From Meyerozyma guilliermondii (Eukaryota): a stretch of 64,000 nt of DNA. Shown piece by piece: positions 31,401 to 40,681 of the stretch. Where the stretch lies: assembly GCA_051546255.1 (NCBI GenBank), contig CP128815.1, forward strand, positions 248,001-312,000. The letters are read 5' to 3'. Below the pieces are notes generated by a model, which searched no databases, was not told the origin of the DNA, and worked only from the letters and a program-made list of their open reading frames with translations. Each line of letters opens with the position of its first letter. Position 1 is the first letter of the stretch. The position numbers and the translations under genes are program-made.

Positions 31401-31978
31401 GATATGCCTGTGAGAATGGCACTCTTTCCAGAACCATTTCTGCCTATGATAAAATTCAACTGAGGACCAAATTCGAGCTCAAAGAATTCGTGACACATGA
31501 AGTTTCGAAGAACAAGTTTCTCTATTACCCCGGCTTTTGCGGGAGCATTTCCATCATGGTGATCAACTTCACCATTTTCTAGCTCTGCTTCTGATTCCAA
31601 ATCGGACCCGCTTGCTTCGTCAGCACTCAGATCTTCCTCCAGTCCACTTTCGTCTGTATTGCTGTTATTCAATTTTCGTCGTTTTTCAGAGTCAGTAAGA
31701 AGCTGTGACATGTACTTGTTTACCGATTGTCCTTTCTGGGTTAGTATTGCTTTTGTCTATTTTGCTCTGGAGAAGTTTTGGTCAGTCAAACTCATCCTCT
31801 TGGCGATTATCACACTTACTGTTGGATCAAAGACCAGTTCCGAGGGTTCATTTCTCGGACTTGAGTCTTCAGGAACCTCTGAACCTTCATTATCGCTCTC
31901 TATTGTGGACCTATCGCCCAGCCTGTCTCGTAGATCGTCTTCCAGCCGCCTACGTTTCATGGGCCTGTCTGTGGTCAT
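28463..31978 (-). CDS. SMC6: Structural maintenance of chromosomes protein 6; join(31978..31820, 31735..28463)
   Basis: LRNFMCH, Walker A GRNGSGKS, signature LSGGEKS, Walker B LDEFDVFMD, long coiled coils. The 5' exon joins in frame via an 84-nt intron. Confidence 0.93.
31736..31819 (-). other. Spliceosomal intron of SMC6 (84 nt, phase 0)
   Basis: Minus strand: ACA|GTAAGT...TACTAACCCAG|AAAGGA, with a perfect TACTAAC branch point. Confidence 0.85.
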
Positions 31979-32103
31979 GAGAGGTAAGTAAACACGATGA
32001 GGTTGAAATCACGCGCGCCAAAGTTTAAATTGGTTACTTCGCAGAGGGAACAGTTGCAAAAAGCAGTGCACTGGATTGACAACAAAAGGTAATTTGAGTG
32101 GAT

Positions 32104-33279
32104 ATGGTAGTGGTCATGTTAGTGGTCTTGCCTCTCCTATTCATGGTTTCTGCCGCTCAAGCGCTTCAGGTGCCGTTTGGAATAAAAAACGACAGGCCAG
32201 AAAGCTCAGCTTCAACCCTAATGGCTCCAGCCGTGAAGTCTCCGAAGGTCTTTATAGTGTCGATGTTTAAGCCAGAGGAAGAGGTTTGGACATCACGCAT
32301 GAATTTTGAACATAGGTTGGAAATACCAGGTCTTGCATCCACATCGCCCTATATCAGATGCACTGATAACTATGATATATGTCAGTTCACCACAGGAGAA
32401 GGAGAGATAAATGCTGCTGTTTCTATGGCATTTCTTGTTTCATCGCCTTTATTTGATTTGACTAAAACTTACTGGTTATTGGCGGGAATTGCTGGTGGGG
32501 AACCGTCACAAGTCACCACGGGATCGGTGACGTTTGCAAGGTTTGCAATTCAGGTTGGACTACTGTTTCAAATCGATTCCAAGGAATTATCGGAATCCTA
32601 CTCCAACTGGACATCTGGTTATTTTGCATATGGGACAAAAGATCCTTGGACTTATCCTAAAGCAGTATACGGGACAGAACTGTTCGAATTGAACGACAAT
32701 CTTAGAACCCATGTGATGAAAATCGCAGAACAATACACTGGTCAATTAAAACTTGGGGACACCGATAATCAGGCGCTTCGCAAACTATACAACTATCCAC
32801 TGGCAAACTCTCCACCATCTATCAAGGCATGCGATGTGACTACTAGTGATGGATATTTCACCGGCGAGGTGCTCGCAAACTACGTTACAGATTACTCACA
32901 CATGCTTACCAATGGCACAGCTGTGTACTGTGCATCGGCACAAGAAGAAAATGCCACTCTTGAGGCGTTTCTTCGAATGGCCACGGCCGGGCGCATCGAC
33001 TTTCTGAGAATTATCGTAATGAGGTCCATCTCCAACTTTGCGCGGAGCCCCGCGGGAATGGACCCATTAGATTTCTTTTTGCATTACCCCAAAGGAGGCT
33101 TTGACCATGCATTAGATAATCTCTACATTGCAGGATGGCCTATCGTTCAAGATATAGTGGATCGCTGGGGTTCAGATTACAGAGATGGCAAGTACGCGGC
33201 TCTGAATTACGTTGGGGACATTGTTGGTCGTTTGGGGCAGAAACCGCCATACGGACGCAAGAAATACGGAGTTCATTAA
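32104..33279 (+). CDS. NUP ('purine nucleoside permease') family protein, copy 1, with signal peptide
   Basis: PKVFIVSMF.PE, TTGEGEINAA, FDLTKTYWLLAGIAGG, GTELFELN, SAQEENA; hydrophobic N-terminus. Confidence 0.88.
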   Translation: MVVVMLVVLPLLFMVSAAQALQVPFGIKNDRPESSASTLMAPAVKSPKVFIVSMFKPEEEVWTSRMNFEHRLEIPGLASTSPYIRCTDNYDICQFTTGEGEINAAVSMAFLVSSPLFDLTKTYWLLAGIAGGEPSQVTTGSVTFARFAIQVGLLFQIDSKELSESYSNWTSGYFAYGTKDPWTYPKAVYGTELFELNDNLRTHVMKIAEQYTGQLKLGDTDNQALRKLYNYPLANSPPSIKACDVTTSDGYFTGEVLANYVTDYSHMLTNGTAVYCASAQEENATLEAFLRMATAGRIDFLRIIVMRSISNFARSPAGMDPLDFFLHYPKGGFDHALDNLYIAGWPIVQDIVDRWGSDYRDGKYAALNYVGDIVGRLGQKPPYGRKKYGVH

Positions 33280-33670
33280 GAGAATATGTGGAGAATTGAT
33301 CACGAGACTACTGGTGGTGCTTCAGAACCAATAGAAAGGGCTAAACCTTTTAGCCTTCGCCGGTTTTTTTTGTCTCGAAGGTCGATTTTGAGATTTAGAA
33401 TTCAAGCGGCTTCTAAATGAAACGAATGCGGCTCGAGTACCTCATCTCAATAAACCTTCTTTCCACTGTTTTTTTCGTCCTTCTTTGTTTTTTGCTTACT
33501 TTCCTACATTCTAAGTCATTCCGCAAGTGAGTGCAACCCGCTTAACCATTCCAAATCCTTCACCTCTCATCGTTGACACATTTACCGTGCAGCATATTTT
33601 GATGCGCCATCCCAATTAGTGCGATCATTTACCTAAAACGGATATTAAATAAACTCAGATAAGGTACCTC

Positions 33671-33744
33671 GATGCCGTGCCGCGATGCCGTAACTCAGTG
33701 CCGTAGGTTCAGGTTGGTTCAGGGGGGCCATTGACACTATAAAA
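33671..33744 (+). promoter_or_regulatory. Four TGCCG repeats (possible Zn2Cys6 sites) followed by TATA box TATAAAA (33738-33744) upstream of NUP copy 2
   Basis: gATGCCG-TGCCG-cgATGCCG-...-gTGCCG; a GATAAG lies at 33658-33663. Confidence 0.4.
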
Positions 33745-33776
33745 GGAACGCGAATCCAACATTCGCCAAGATTTTG

Positions 33777-34997
33777 ATGAAGTTTTCAATTTTAACTACT
33801 TTGGCAATTGCAGCCACTGCTGTTGCGCAGCCGCTTCTCTTCAAGAGAGACAATACCACTGAACGTGCTAATGTCACCGCTACCCACATCGAGCAGGATG
33901 AGTCCGACAACAATGATTTACAGACCAGTTACGGTAGTCATTATGCTTTGTTCCAGCCCAAGGTGGTGGTAATTTCTATGTTTGAATTGGAAAGAGATCC
34001 ATGGCTCGAACTGCTTGATTTCAAGCACAACATTACTCTTCCTGGTCTTTCTCCTATTTACCCTACTGTTCACTGCACAACCAACTATTCCATTTGTCAG
34101 GTGACAACTGGTGAGGGAGAAATCAATGCTGCTGCTTCCATCACCGCCTTGTCCTTGTCTCCATTGTTCGACTTGACCAAGACTTACTTTTTGATTGCTG
34201 GTATCGCTGGGGGTATGCCCGAGTATACTACCCTTGGGGGAGTCACTTTTGCCAAGTATGCTGTCCAGGTAGGATTGGAATACCAAATTGACCCCAGAGA
34301 GGTTGAGAAAACCAACCCAGACTGGAACACTGGATATTTTGCTTACGGTACCAAAAACCCTTTCACTTACCCTAAGAACGTCTACGGTACTGAGGTATTC
34401 GAATTGAACGAAAAGCTCCGTGACAGAGCTGTGGACTTGGCTAGTAAAGTGGAGTTGGACAAGGGCACCAAGCAAAATGCGAAATTTAGAGCCTTGTACA
34501 AAGAAGAGGCTGCCAAGAAGGAACCTTTCATTGCCAAATGTGATGTTTTAACATCTGACAACTACTTCAGCGGCCCTCTCTTGGACGAATACTTCTCAAA
34601 CTTTACCAAGTTGATGACGAACGGAAGTGGAATTTACTGTTCCACTGCACAAGAAGACAATGCTTCATTGGAGGCTCTTACTAGAATGGATCAGTATGGA
34701 TTGGTTGACTACGAAAGAATTGTCGTTATGAGAACCATTTCTGACTTTGCCGTGCCTCCTCCATCCATGGCTAACAATACCGTCAAATTTTTCACCGAGG
34801 CAGACCAAGGTGGAATCGGTGCTTCTTTGACCAACTTGGTCAAGGCTGGATTGCCATTTGTTCACGATGTTATCGAGAACTGGGACGATGTTTACGAAAA
34901 AGGTACAAAGTACGTGCCAGATAATTACATTGGAGATATTTACGGCACCCTTGGTGGAACTCCAGACTTTGGAAAGGAGAGCTTCGGTGTAGCATGA
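33777..34997 (+). CDS. NUP ('purine nucleoside permease') family protein, copy 2, with signal peptide and Kex2-like KR site
   Basis: MKFSILTTLAIAATAVA...FKR; same family motifs as copy 1 (TTGEGEINAA, TAQEDNA, VMRTISDF). Confidence 0.92.
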   Translation: MKFSILTTLAIAATAVAQPLLFKRDNTTERANVTATHIEQDESDNNDLQTSYGSHYALFQPKVVVISMFELERDPWLELLDFKHNITLPGLSPIYPTVHCTTNYSICQVTTGEGEINAAASITALSLSPLFDLTKTYFLIAGIAGGMPEYTTLGGVTFAKYAVQVGLEYQIDPREVEKTNPDWNTGYFAYGTKNPFTYPKNVYGTEVFELNEKLRDRAVDLASKVELDKGTKQNAKFRALYKEEAAKKEPFIAKCDVLTSDNYFSGPLLDEYFSNFTKLMTNGSGIYCSTAQEDNASLEALTRMDQYGLVDYERIVVMRTISDFAVPPPSMANNTVKFFTEADQGGIGASLTNLVKAGLPFVHDVIENWDDVYEKGTKYVPDNYIGDIYGTLGGTPDFGKESFGVA

Positions 34998-35042
34998 TAC
35001 CAAAAATTCATTATTAATTACCAAAATTACCCAATAAATCTA

Positions 35043-36485
35043 TTAGTGCTTGATGAACACCCATTCATCCACAGTCTTGTCAACAACTAGTCTACCATTA
35101 CACCAAACTTTGATGCAGTTTCTATCATCTCCGCTAAAAATCCACTTGCCTAAAAGATCACTCATACTCTTTCGGTCCTTCTTAATTTGCCAATCAAAAA
35201 TGTCTATGATTGAGTTGGGCGAGTTCAAGTCTATCAATTGCGCATCCCATCGCTTCCCCTTTTCAAATGTGCCAATTTGATGTTCTAAACCAACAGCCTT
35301 TGCACCGGCTTTCGTGGCCATGAAGATGGCCTCAGGAATGGTGAGCTTGACGTCGGTTTCATCGTTTGATTTCATGGCCAAATGATGTGAAACCAAGATA
35401 GCCTGGCGAATAATAGTAAGTATGGATGAGTCAAATCCACCAGAAACGTCAGTGCCTAATGATACATTGATCTTGTCTTCATGCAAGTACTGCTTAACGG
35501 GTGCTTCTCCACTGGTGAGAAACGAGTTCGAAGTAGGGCAATGTGAAACTGAGCACAGATGTTTTTTGATCAACAGCCGTTCAGCTTTGGTCAAATGTAC
35601 AGCGTGAGCCAAGATGGTGGTGTTCGTGAGGAGGTCATGGTCGGAGTAGACTGAAGCATAGTTGTCACATTCAGGAAACAAATCGGCCACAAGTTTAATC
35701 TCGTTCTTGTTTTCACCAATATGTGTCTGGATGGGCAAGTTGTGTTCTGAAGCAAAAGATCCAAGCCATTTTAATAGTTTGCGAGAACACACTGGAGCAA
35801 ACCGTGGAGTGACAATGGGGCGCACCAAGGTCTCATTGTGTGGATTAATAGAAGAGATGTACTTGACCATAGAGCTCATTGAGTCCTGGCATTCTTCGAA
35901 ACTTTCTTCGTAGCTAGGGTACGTTTCGTTGTGGTCCATGCAGACTTTCCCCACAAAGCTTCTTTGTCCAGCTTTCAAGCATAAATCGGCAAAAATATTG
36001 GAAGTATGAGGATCGGTAGTAGTAAAGTATGATGCGCAAGTGGTACCGCTTCGTAAGGTTCGGTCAATCACCTTACTGTAGACTTTCTTAGCAAGTTCTA
36101 TCTTAGCACTGTTTGTGTCTGTGAACTGGTCTTCCATGGGAAAAGTATAATCTGTCAACCAGTCGAGAAGCAGCGACTCGAGACCAATTCCAGCATTGGG
36201 GTACTGCGACGCGTGGATGTGTGTATCTATAAATCCTGGAAGGAAGAACTTTAATGGATCTTTGGAGGTATCCACATATTTAAATTGACTATGTGATTCA
36301 CCTGTTTTCTGCTCAAAAAACATAATAGCCTCTTCTTGACTGCCTCCTGCGTACTCAGAGCTAACAAAGTCGATTTCCCCTTTCTGATTAACTCCTATTA
36401 AAGCATTATTCATTATTTCTAAACGATCAAGTTCGGGAGTATGAATAAACGTTCCGTGATATAAAGTGTACGGAATGGCTGCCAT
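35043..36485 (-). CDS. GUD1: Guanine deaminase
   Basis: PGFIDTHIHASQY, VTPRFAP, IQTHIGEN, LAHAVHL, HCPTSN, LGTDVSGG, GDDRN. Start at 36485, or 36515. Confidence 0.96.
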   Translation of the reverse strand: MAAIPYTLYHGTFIHTPELDRLEIMNNALIGVNQKGEIDFVSSEYAGGSQEEAIMFFEQKTGESHSQFKYVDTSKDPLKFFLPGFIDTHIHASQYPNAGIGLESLLLDWLTDYTFPMEDQFTDTNSAKIELAKKVYSKVIDRTLRSGTTCASYFTTTDPHTSNIFADLCLKAGQRSFVGKVCMDHNETYPSYEESFEECQDSMSSMVKYISSINPHNETLVRPIVTPRFAPVCSRKLLKWLGSFASEHNLPIQTHIGENKNEIKLVADLFPECDNYASVYSDHDLLTNTTILAHAVHLTKAERLLIKKHLCSVSHCPTSNSFLTSGEAPVKQYLHEDKINVSLGTDVSGGFDSSILTIIRQAILVSHHLAMKSNDETDVKLTIPEAIFMATKAGAKAVGLEHQIGTFEKGKRWDAQLIDLNSPNSIIDIFDWQIKKDRKSMSDLLGKWIFSGDDRNCIKVWCNGRLVVDKTVDEWVFIKH

Positions 36486-36839
36486 TGCCTTGGCATGGAC
36501 TTTGTGGTGTTGCATGTCTTACAAATATGCTATTAAGTGTGAAAATATTGGGTAGTTGAAAAGGTTGCTCGTAATTTTGAGTTGTTGCAAATTGGATTCT
36601 TTAAGACTAGATGGGCCCGCGGGGCTCCGCGGACCATATTCGCGGCGTGCAACCACCTCGGCGAGGGCGTGGTGTGTGGGGTGTGGGTGTACTGCTGTGG
36701 TGAAGTAACCGGCATGCCGGACCTACCCTAGTACTTTTGTTGAAACTGCAATTGTCATTTACTCGGAATTCACTACACTAGCTCAATAATGGATATCAGA
36801 AATCAAAGGGACGTAACGAAAGTTATATAGCTAAACTTT

Positions 36840-37514
36840 TTATAACAAGGCAACACCAACCAATCCGGCAAGCATGGCACCCACCGAGAAGCCAGTGGCA
36901 TCAGCAGCACCGGCAGAGTGTTGAGATACGGCAACCGCAGAGGAAGCAGAGCTGGAGGCAACAGTGGACACACCAGCAACAGATTCAGGAGCCTCCGAAG
37001 AAGTGACAACGGACTCAACGACGGAGCTGAAAGTGGATGAAGCGGCAGCAGACGAAGCGGCAGCAGAGGATGCAGCCTCGGAAGATGCAGCAGCGGATGA
37101 AACAGCAGACGAGACAGCAGACGAAGCAGCAGATGAAGCAGCAGAAGACGAGGCAGCCTCGGACGACGAAGCAGCAGAAGACGAGGCAGCCTCGGACGAC
37201 GAAGCAGCAGAGGAGGTTGCGGAGGACGACTCGGAAGACGAGCTCACATCCTTGCTGTAACCGTCACAAGAAGACTCGAAAGCACTAATTGCATCATCAC
37301 TGGTGTCATTTGGGCAGATCTTCTTCAAGCAGTCCTCGACAGCCTTAGAGTTCTTGGAGCAAATACAACTCAAGTCATTCAATCCAGTACAGTCACTCTT
37401 CTTTTCAACTTGGGAAACACAAGCCAACAAACAAGCAGGAGGAGCAGCAACTGCACCTTGAATGTAAGTTGCCAATGCAATCAAAGCGGAAACTCTCAAC
37501 ATGGAACTCTGCAT
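36840..37514 (-). CDS. SSR1: CFEM-domain GPI-anchored cell-wall protein (Ssr1/Ccw14)
   Basis: Signal peptide, APPACLLACV...CICS...CLKKICP CFEM domain, Ser/Ala-rich stalk, hydrophobic GPI tail. Confidence 0.92.
   Translation of the reverse strand: MQSSMLRVSALIALATYIQGAVAAPPACLLACVSQVEKKSDCTGLNDLSCICSKNSKAVEDCLKKICPNDTSDDAISAFESSCDGYSKDVSSSSESSSATSSAASSSEAASSSAASSSEAASSSAASSAASSAVSSAVSSAAASSEAASSAAASSAAASSTFSSVVESVVTSSEAPESVAGVSTVASSSASSAVAVSQHSAGAADATGFSVGAMLAGLVGVALL
37141..37206. repeat. 33-bp coding tandem repeat, two copies, in the Ser/Ala stalk of SSR1
   Basis: gcagaagacgaggcagcctcggacgacgaagca occurs twice exactly, with degenerate flanking copies. Confidence 0.85.
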
Positions 37515-37689
37515 TTTTAGCGATAGACAAAATGTGTTGATTAAACAAGACGGAAAAGGTGGTGAATTTTTGTCCAAACAAACGACCTGCTAATTTTAGC
37601 ACCTGTGTGCAGGAATTCCTGGTCTAGACCGGGGCTGTGTGCCGGCGGCGAGTTGGTGATTGCCCTATTTGGGCGCGCAAGGTTGCACA

Positions 37690-40578
37690 TTAGAGCCGAA
37701 CCTTGGCTGCTAATCCTTGACCATGGTAGAGTAATTGGAGCGAAAATTGCTGTATGGTTGTGTCAAAAACTGCAGTGACATTCACCCGTAGAGTTCCGTC
37801 AATGGCTCGGCGTAGGATATCCATACCTACACCTTGGTTAATGTCAAGCTTGATCCGTGGAGTTTTATACACTCCTGGAGGTACCATTAACATTTCGTGA
37901 TGTTCAATATGACCCAAAGATGTTCCATCGTAGGACGCTTCTGCTTGTAGAATTGTAACTAGTAGCTCGGTATTGTTGACTGGGTTGTAGAGCGTAAGTT
38001 CAACTTCGGACGTTAAAACATGAATCACCGATTCGAGCAAGAATGGATTTGGAGATTCGTTAGTTGCATCGAATCCTATACTGGGCAATTCCACATCTTC
38101 AACTTGGATATTGCCAATCAAATCTTGAAGTCCCTGATTCTTTGATCTTTTGTCTTTTCTTCCTTGGAATCCCAACGACAAATTTTTCACTCCAGAGACA
38201 AATTCACTGACAAAAAGTTCAAGGTTCACTCGGCTCATGGGTGACGGTACATTCAACACTGCCACGGCCGTATAGTCAAACCCACCATCCTGGTTCGGAA
38301 CATAGAGGTCACTCACCTCCGCATACCCCAAGACGGTATCGTTGAAAAGGACGTCGCATCCAATGGTCTCTTTGGGAATTTCCAACGAGTAGTTTGTGGG
38401 ATTAAGCACTTGGAAATCGATACTAACTTGAACTGTATCCTCCGTAGTATCAAGTAGAAATATGTTGATGATTGTAACATTCCATCCTTTGAGTGTAGGC
38501 AAGTATTCAATATCTGGGCTTAGGGTTAAAGGTATAGCCACGGTTATGTCGTCAAGCACAGTAGAAAGAATCGGAAGATCAACATGAACATCATTGAAAG
38601 TTGTGTTTAGCGACAAGTTAGCCGCTAGGTGACCATTTACATAGCTGCTGAAGAGGCTTCCAACATATGCGGGGTCCAATATCACAAGCTTATCTTCCTC
38701 CGTATCGGCGTCAACAGTTACCACATTTTCAGAGTACGTCCAGTTCAAAAAATGCCTAGCTTTTCCTTGAGCTATCGAATCATTCTCCTTGCGCAAGTCG
38801 TACGTTGTAGACAATTGCAGCACTTTACCCTCGATATCATATCCCGAAGGAATATCGACTTCGAAGGATGTATTTGCATTCATAAAGGCAGAAAGGGTGT
38901 CTTTGGCTGACGGAATCTCGATGGTCAGTTCCTTGACAGAAATTCTTGGAGGTTTAACTTGGGGCAAGACTGGTTCAAACAGAAATCTGTAGTTGACGTT
39001 ATGAGCAATGTACAAGAACCACGAAGGGAGATTGTCGTTTTCATCGCTCGCTCGAAGGTGCACATCTATTGGCTGACCAGCAGCATATCTTTTTACCAAC
39101 TCATTAATGCTTGAGAGTCCATTTTCACAAGGCTCTAGCAACTGTTCGGCAATTTCACCCACATTTCCTTCGATTTGAACCAGTATTGGCGAATTGGGCT
39201 TCACGCTTATGTTTTGACTGGTCCACGAGCCTACTTGGTATGGCTCATGGCACCCATCTAGTAAGATATCCCAGTTGATGGGGTAAAGGGCGAAATTCAT
39301 GGGGAGGTTATTCTGAATCGTTATGTTGGATTTCACGTCGAATTTGTTTCCATTCTGAGCCACTTTGAGGTTTTCTATGACCACCTCAGGCTCGAGGTCG
39401 TTTTTCAGCAACTGAACTGTTTCATTGAAACGTACATTTTGAGTCTCGTATTGAAACAAGCTTGTTTTCACAAGCAGATCTACGGTTCCTTGACAAGAGA
39501 AAGAAATGGAATCGTTTTGGACCGCAAGTGCTCTGTTTGCCAACTCGACAACGTTTTCCTTTATGACATCAGTTTTTGAAATAAAATCGATCTCGGTGAT
39601 TCTTTTATTCAAAACATCCACTTGCAATTCCGGAGGAAAGATGTTCAAAACATGCAAAGGTTCGAAATTGGTGTCTGAAACTAGGTCCACCGTCAACCTA
39701 ACTGGACCCTGGGGAATTATAATCACACTTCCTAAAAGAAGAGACCCCAACTTCATAAAAGTACGATAAAAGAGGTTGGAGATGTTGTCGTAATTCACAC
39801 AAAGTGAGCCAGTAACATGAAAGTCGACGCCGTCGCCGTGTACTTTTAGTATTGAGATGCTGTGGATCGAAGGCTCGATGGCCTGGACTGCAAGACTATC
39901 CAGCTGGTTATAAGTCAAGTAGAAAAAAAGGAACAAAAGAAGTAGAATCATCACCGTGGTCACTATGCCCTTATGGGATTCAAGAGTAAAGTTTGAATAG
40001 TAGTTAGCAAAGTAGGATTTCCATGACTCCGTTTCGGGCGGCTGGACTACCACCGATTGCACTGAGTATGAGTTTCCTCTCAGTCGATTGAGGAGCGGCT
40101 GAAGTTCATCTGGCTCTGCTTCGGTGAACAGTCGCTGCAATTGAGATTCTGCGGTAGTTGGAGGCACTGAGTCTGTGATCGACGTGTACGCTTGGTCGCC
40201 TGGATTGACATTTATGGGCCCATTGATAGTGTAGGGAATTGATGGTTTGCGAGACGTTCGGGATGTTCGAGATGAGTGAGATGCTTGGCGGGAAATTATT
40301 GCTGGACGAGCACGGAAACGGTCTGAATGGGTGGTGATTGTAGGCTCTGAAACTTGAGGAAATGGGTCCGGCAGAGGCGACTTTGTGGAGGTAGAATTGT
40401 GAGATTCAGGGACCAGGAGCGATTGGTGTGAGTTTGTGGGCGGGACATCTGGGGCATTCAAAAGCGGACTTGAGTCAGTGGGGTCTTCAGTGGCAGGTAC
40501 TGAGCCCCGGTTTAGTCTTTCCCAGCCGGTAGTTTGGGCTAACTTTTGTTTTGCACGCTGGAACATGGAGAATACCAT
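37690..40578 (-). CDS. Single-pass membrane protein with large beta-rich luminal region (Tag1/YLR173W-like)
   Basis: Disordered N-terminus with acidic dileucine-like motifs (DSSPLL, ELQPLL), one TM (VMILLLLFLFFYL), repeated beta-rich domains, C-terminus YHGQGLAAKVRL. Confidence 0.6.
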   Translation of the reverse strand: MVFSMFQRAKQKLAQTTGWERLNRGSVPATEDPTDSSPLLNAPDVPPTNSHQSLLVPESHNSTSTKSPLPDPFPQVSEPTITTHSDRFRARPAIISRQASHSSRTSRTSRKPSIPYTINGPINVNPGDQAYTSITDSVPPTTAESQLQRLFTEAEPDELQPLLNRLRGNSYSVQSVVVQPPETESWKSYFANYYSNFTLESHKGIVTTVMILLLLFLFFYLTYNQLDSLAVQAIEPSIHSISILKVHGDGVDFHVTGSLCVNYDNISNLFYRTFMKLGSLLLGSVIIIPQGPVRLTVDLVSDTNFEPLHVLNIFPPELQVDVLNKRITEIDFISKTDVIKENVVELANRALAVQNDSISFSCQGTVDLLVKTSLFQYETQNVRFNETVQLLKNDLEPEVVIENLKVAQNGNKFDVKSNITIQNNLPMNFALYPINWDILLDGCHEPYQVGSWTSQNISVKPNSPILVQIEGNVGEIAEQLLEPCENGLSSINELVKRYAAGQPIDVHLRASDENDNLPSWFLYIAHNVNYRFLFEPVLPQVKPPRISVKELTIEIPSAKDTLSAFMNANTSFEVDIPSGYDIEGKVLQLSTTYDLRKENDSIAQGKARHFLNWTYSENVVTVDADTEEDKLVILDPAYVGSLFSSYVNGHLAANLSLNTTFNDVHVDLPILSTVLDDITVAIPLTLSPDIEYLPTLKGWNVTIINIFLLDTTEDTVQVSIDFQVLNPTNYSLEIPKETIGCDVLFNDTVLGYAEVSDLYVPNQDGGFDYTAVAVLNVPSPMSRVNLELFVSEFVSGVKNLSLGFQGRKDKRSKNQGLQDLIGNIQVEDVELPSIGFDATNESPNPFLLESVIHVLTSEVELTLYNPVNNTELLVTILQAEASYDGTSLGHIEHHEMLMVPPGVYKTPRIKLDINQGVGMDILRRAIDGTLRVNVTAVFDTTIQQFSLQLLYHGQGLAAKVRL

Positions 40579-40681
40579 TAGGGAAAAGTTGCTTTAGAGT
40601 TCGCGAAAAATGGGTGCAAAAGGCTGATAATTAAAAACGATAACATAGAAACATATTTACCCTAAAATACACTAAAATACA

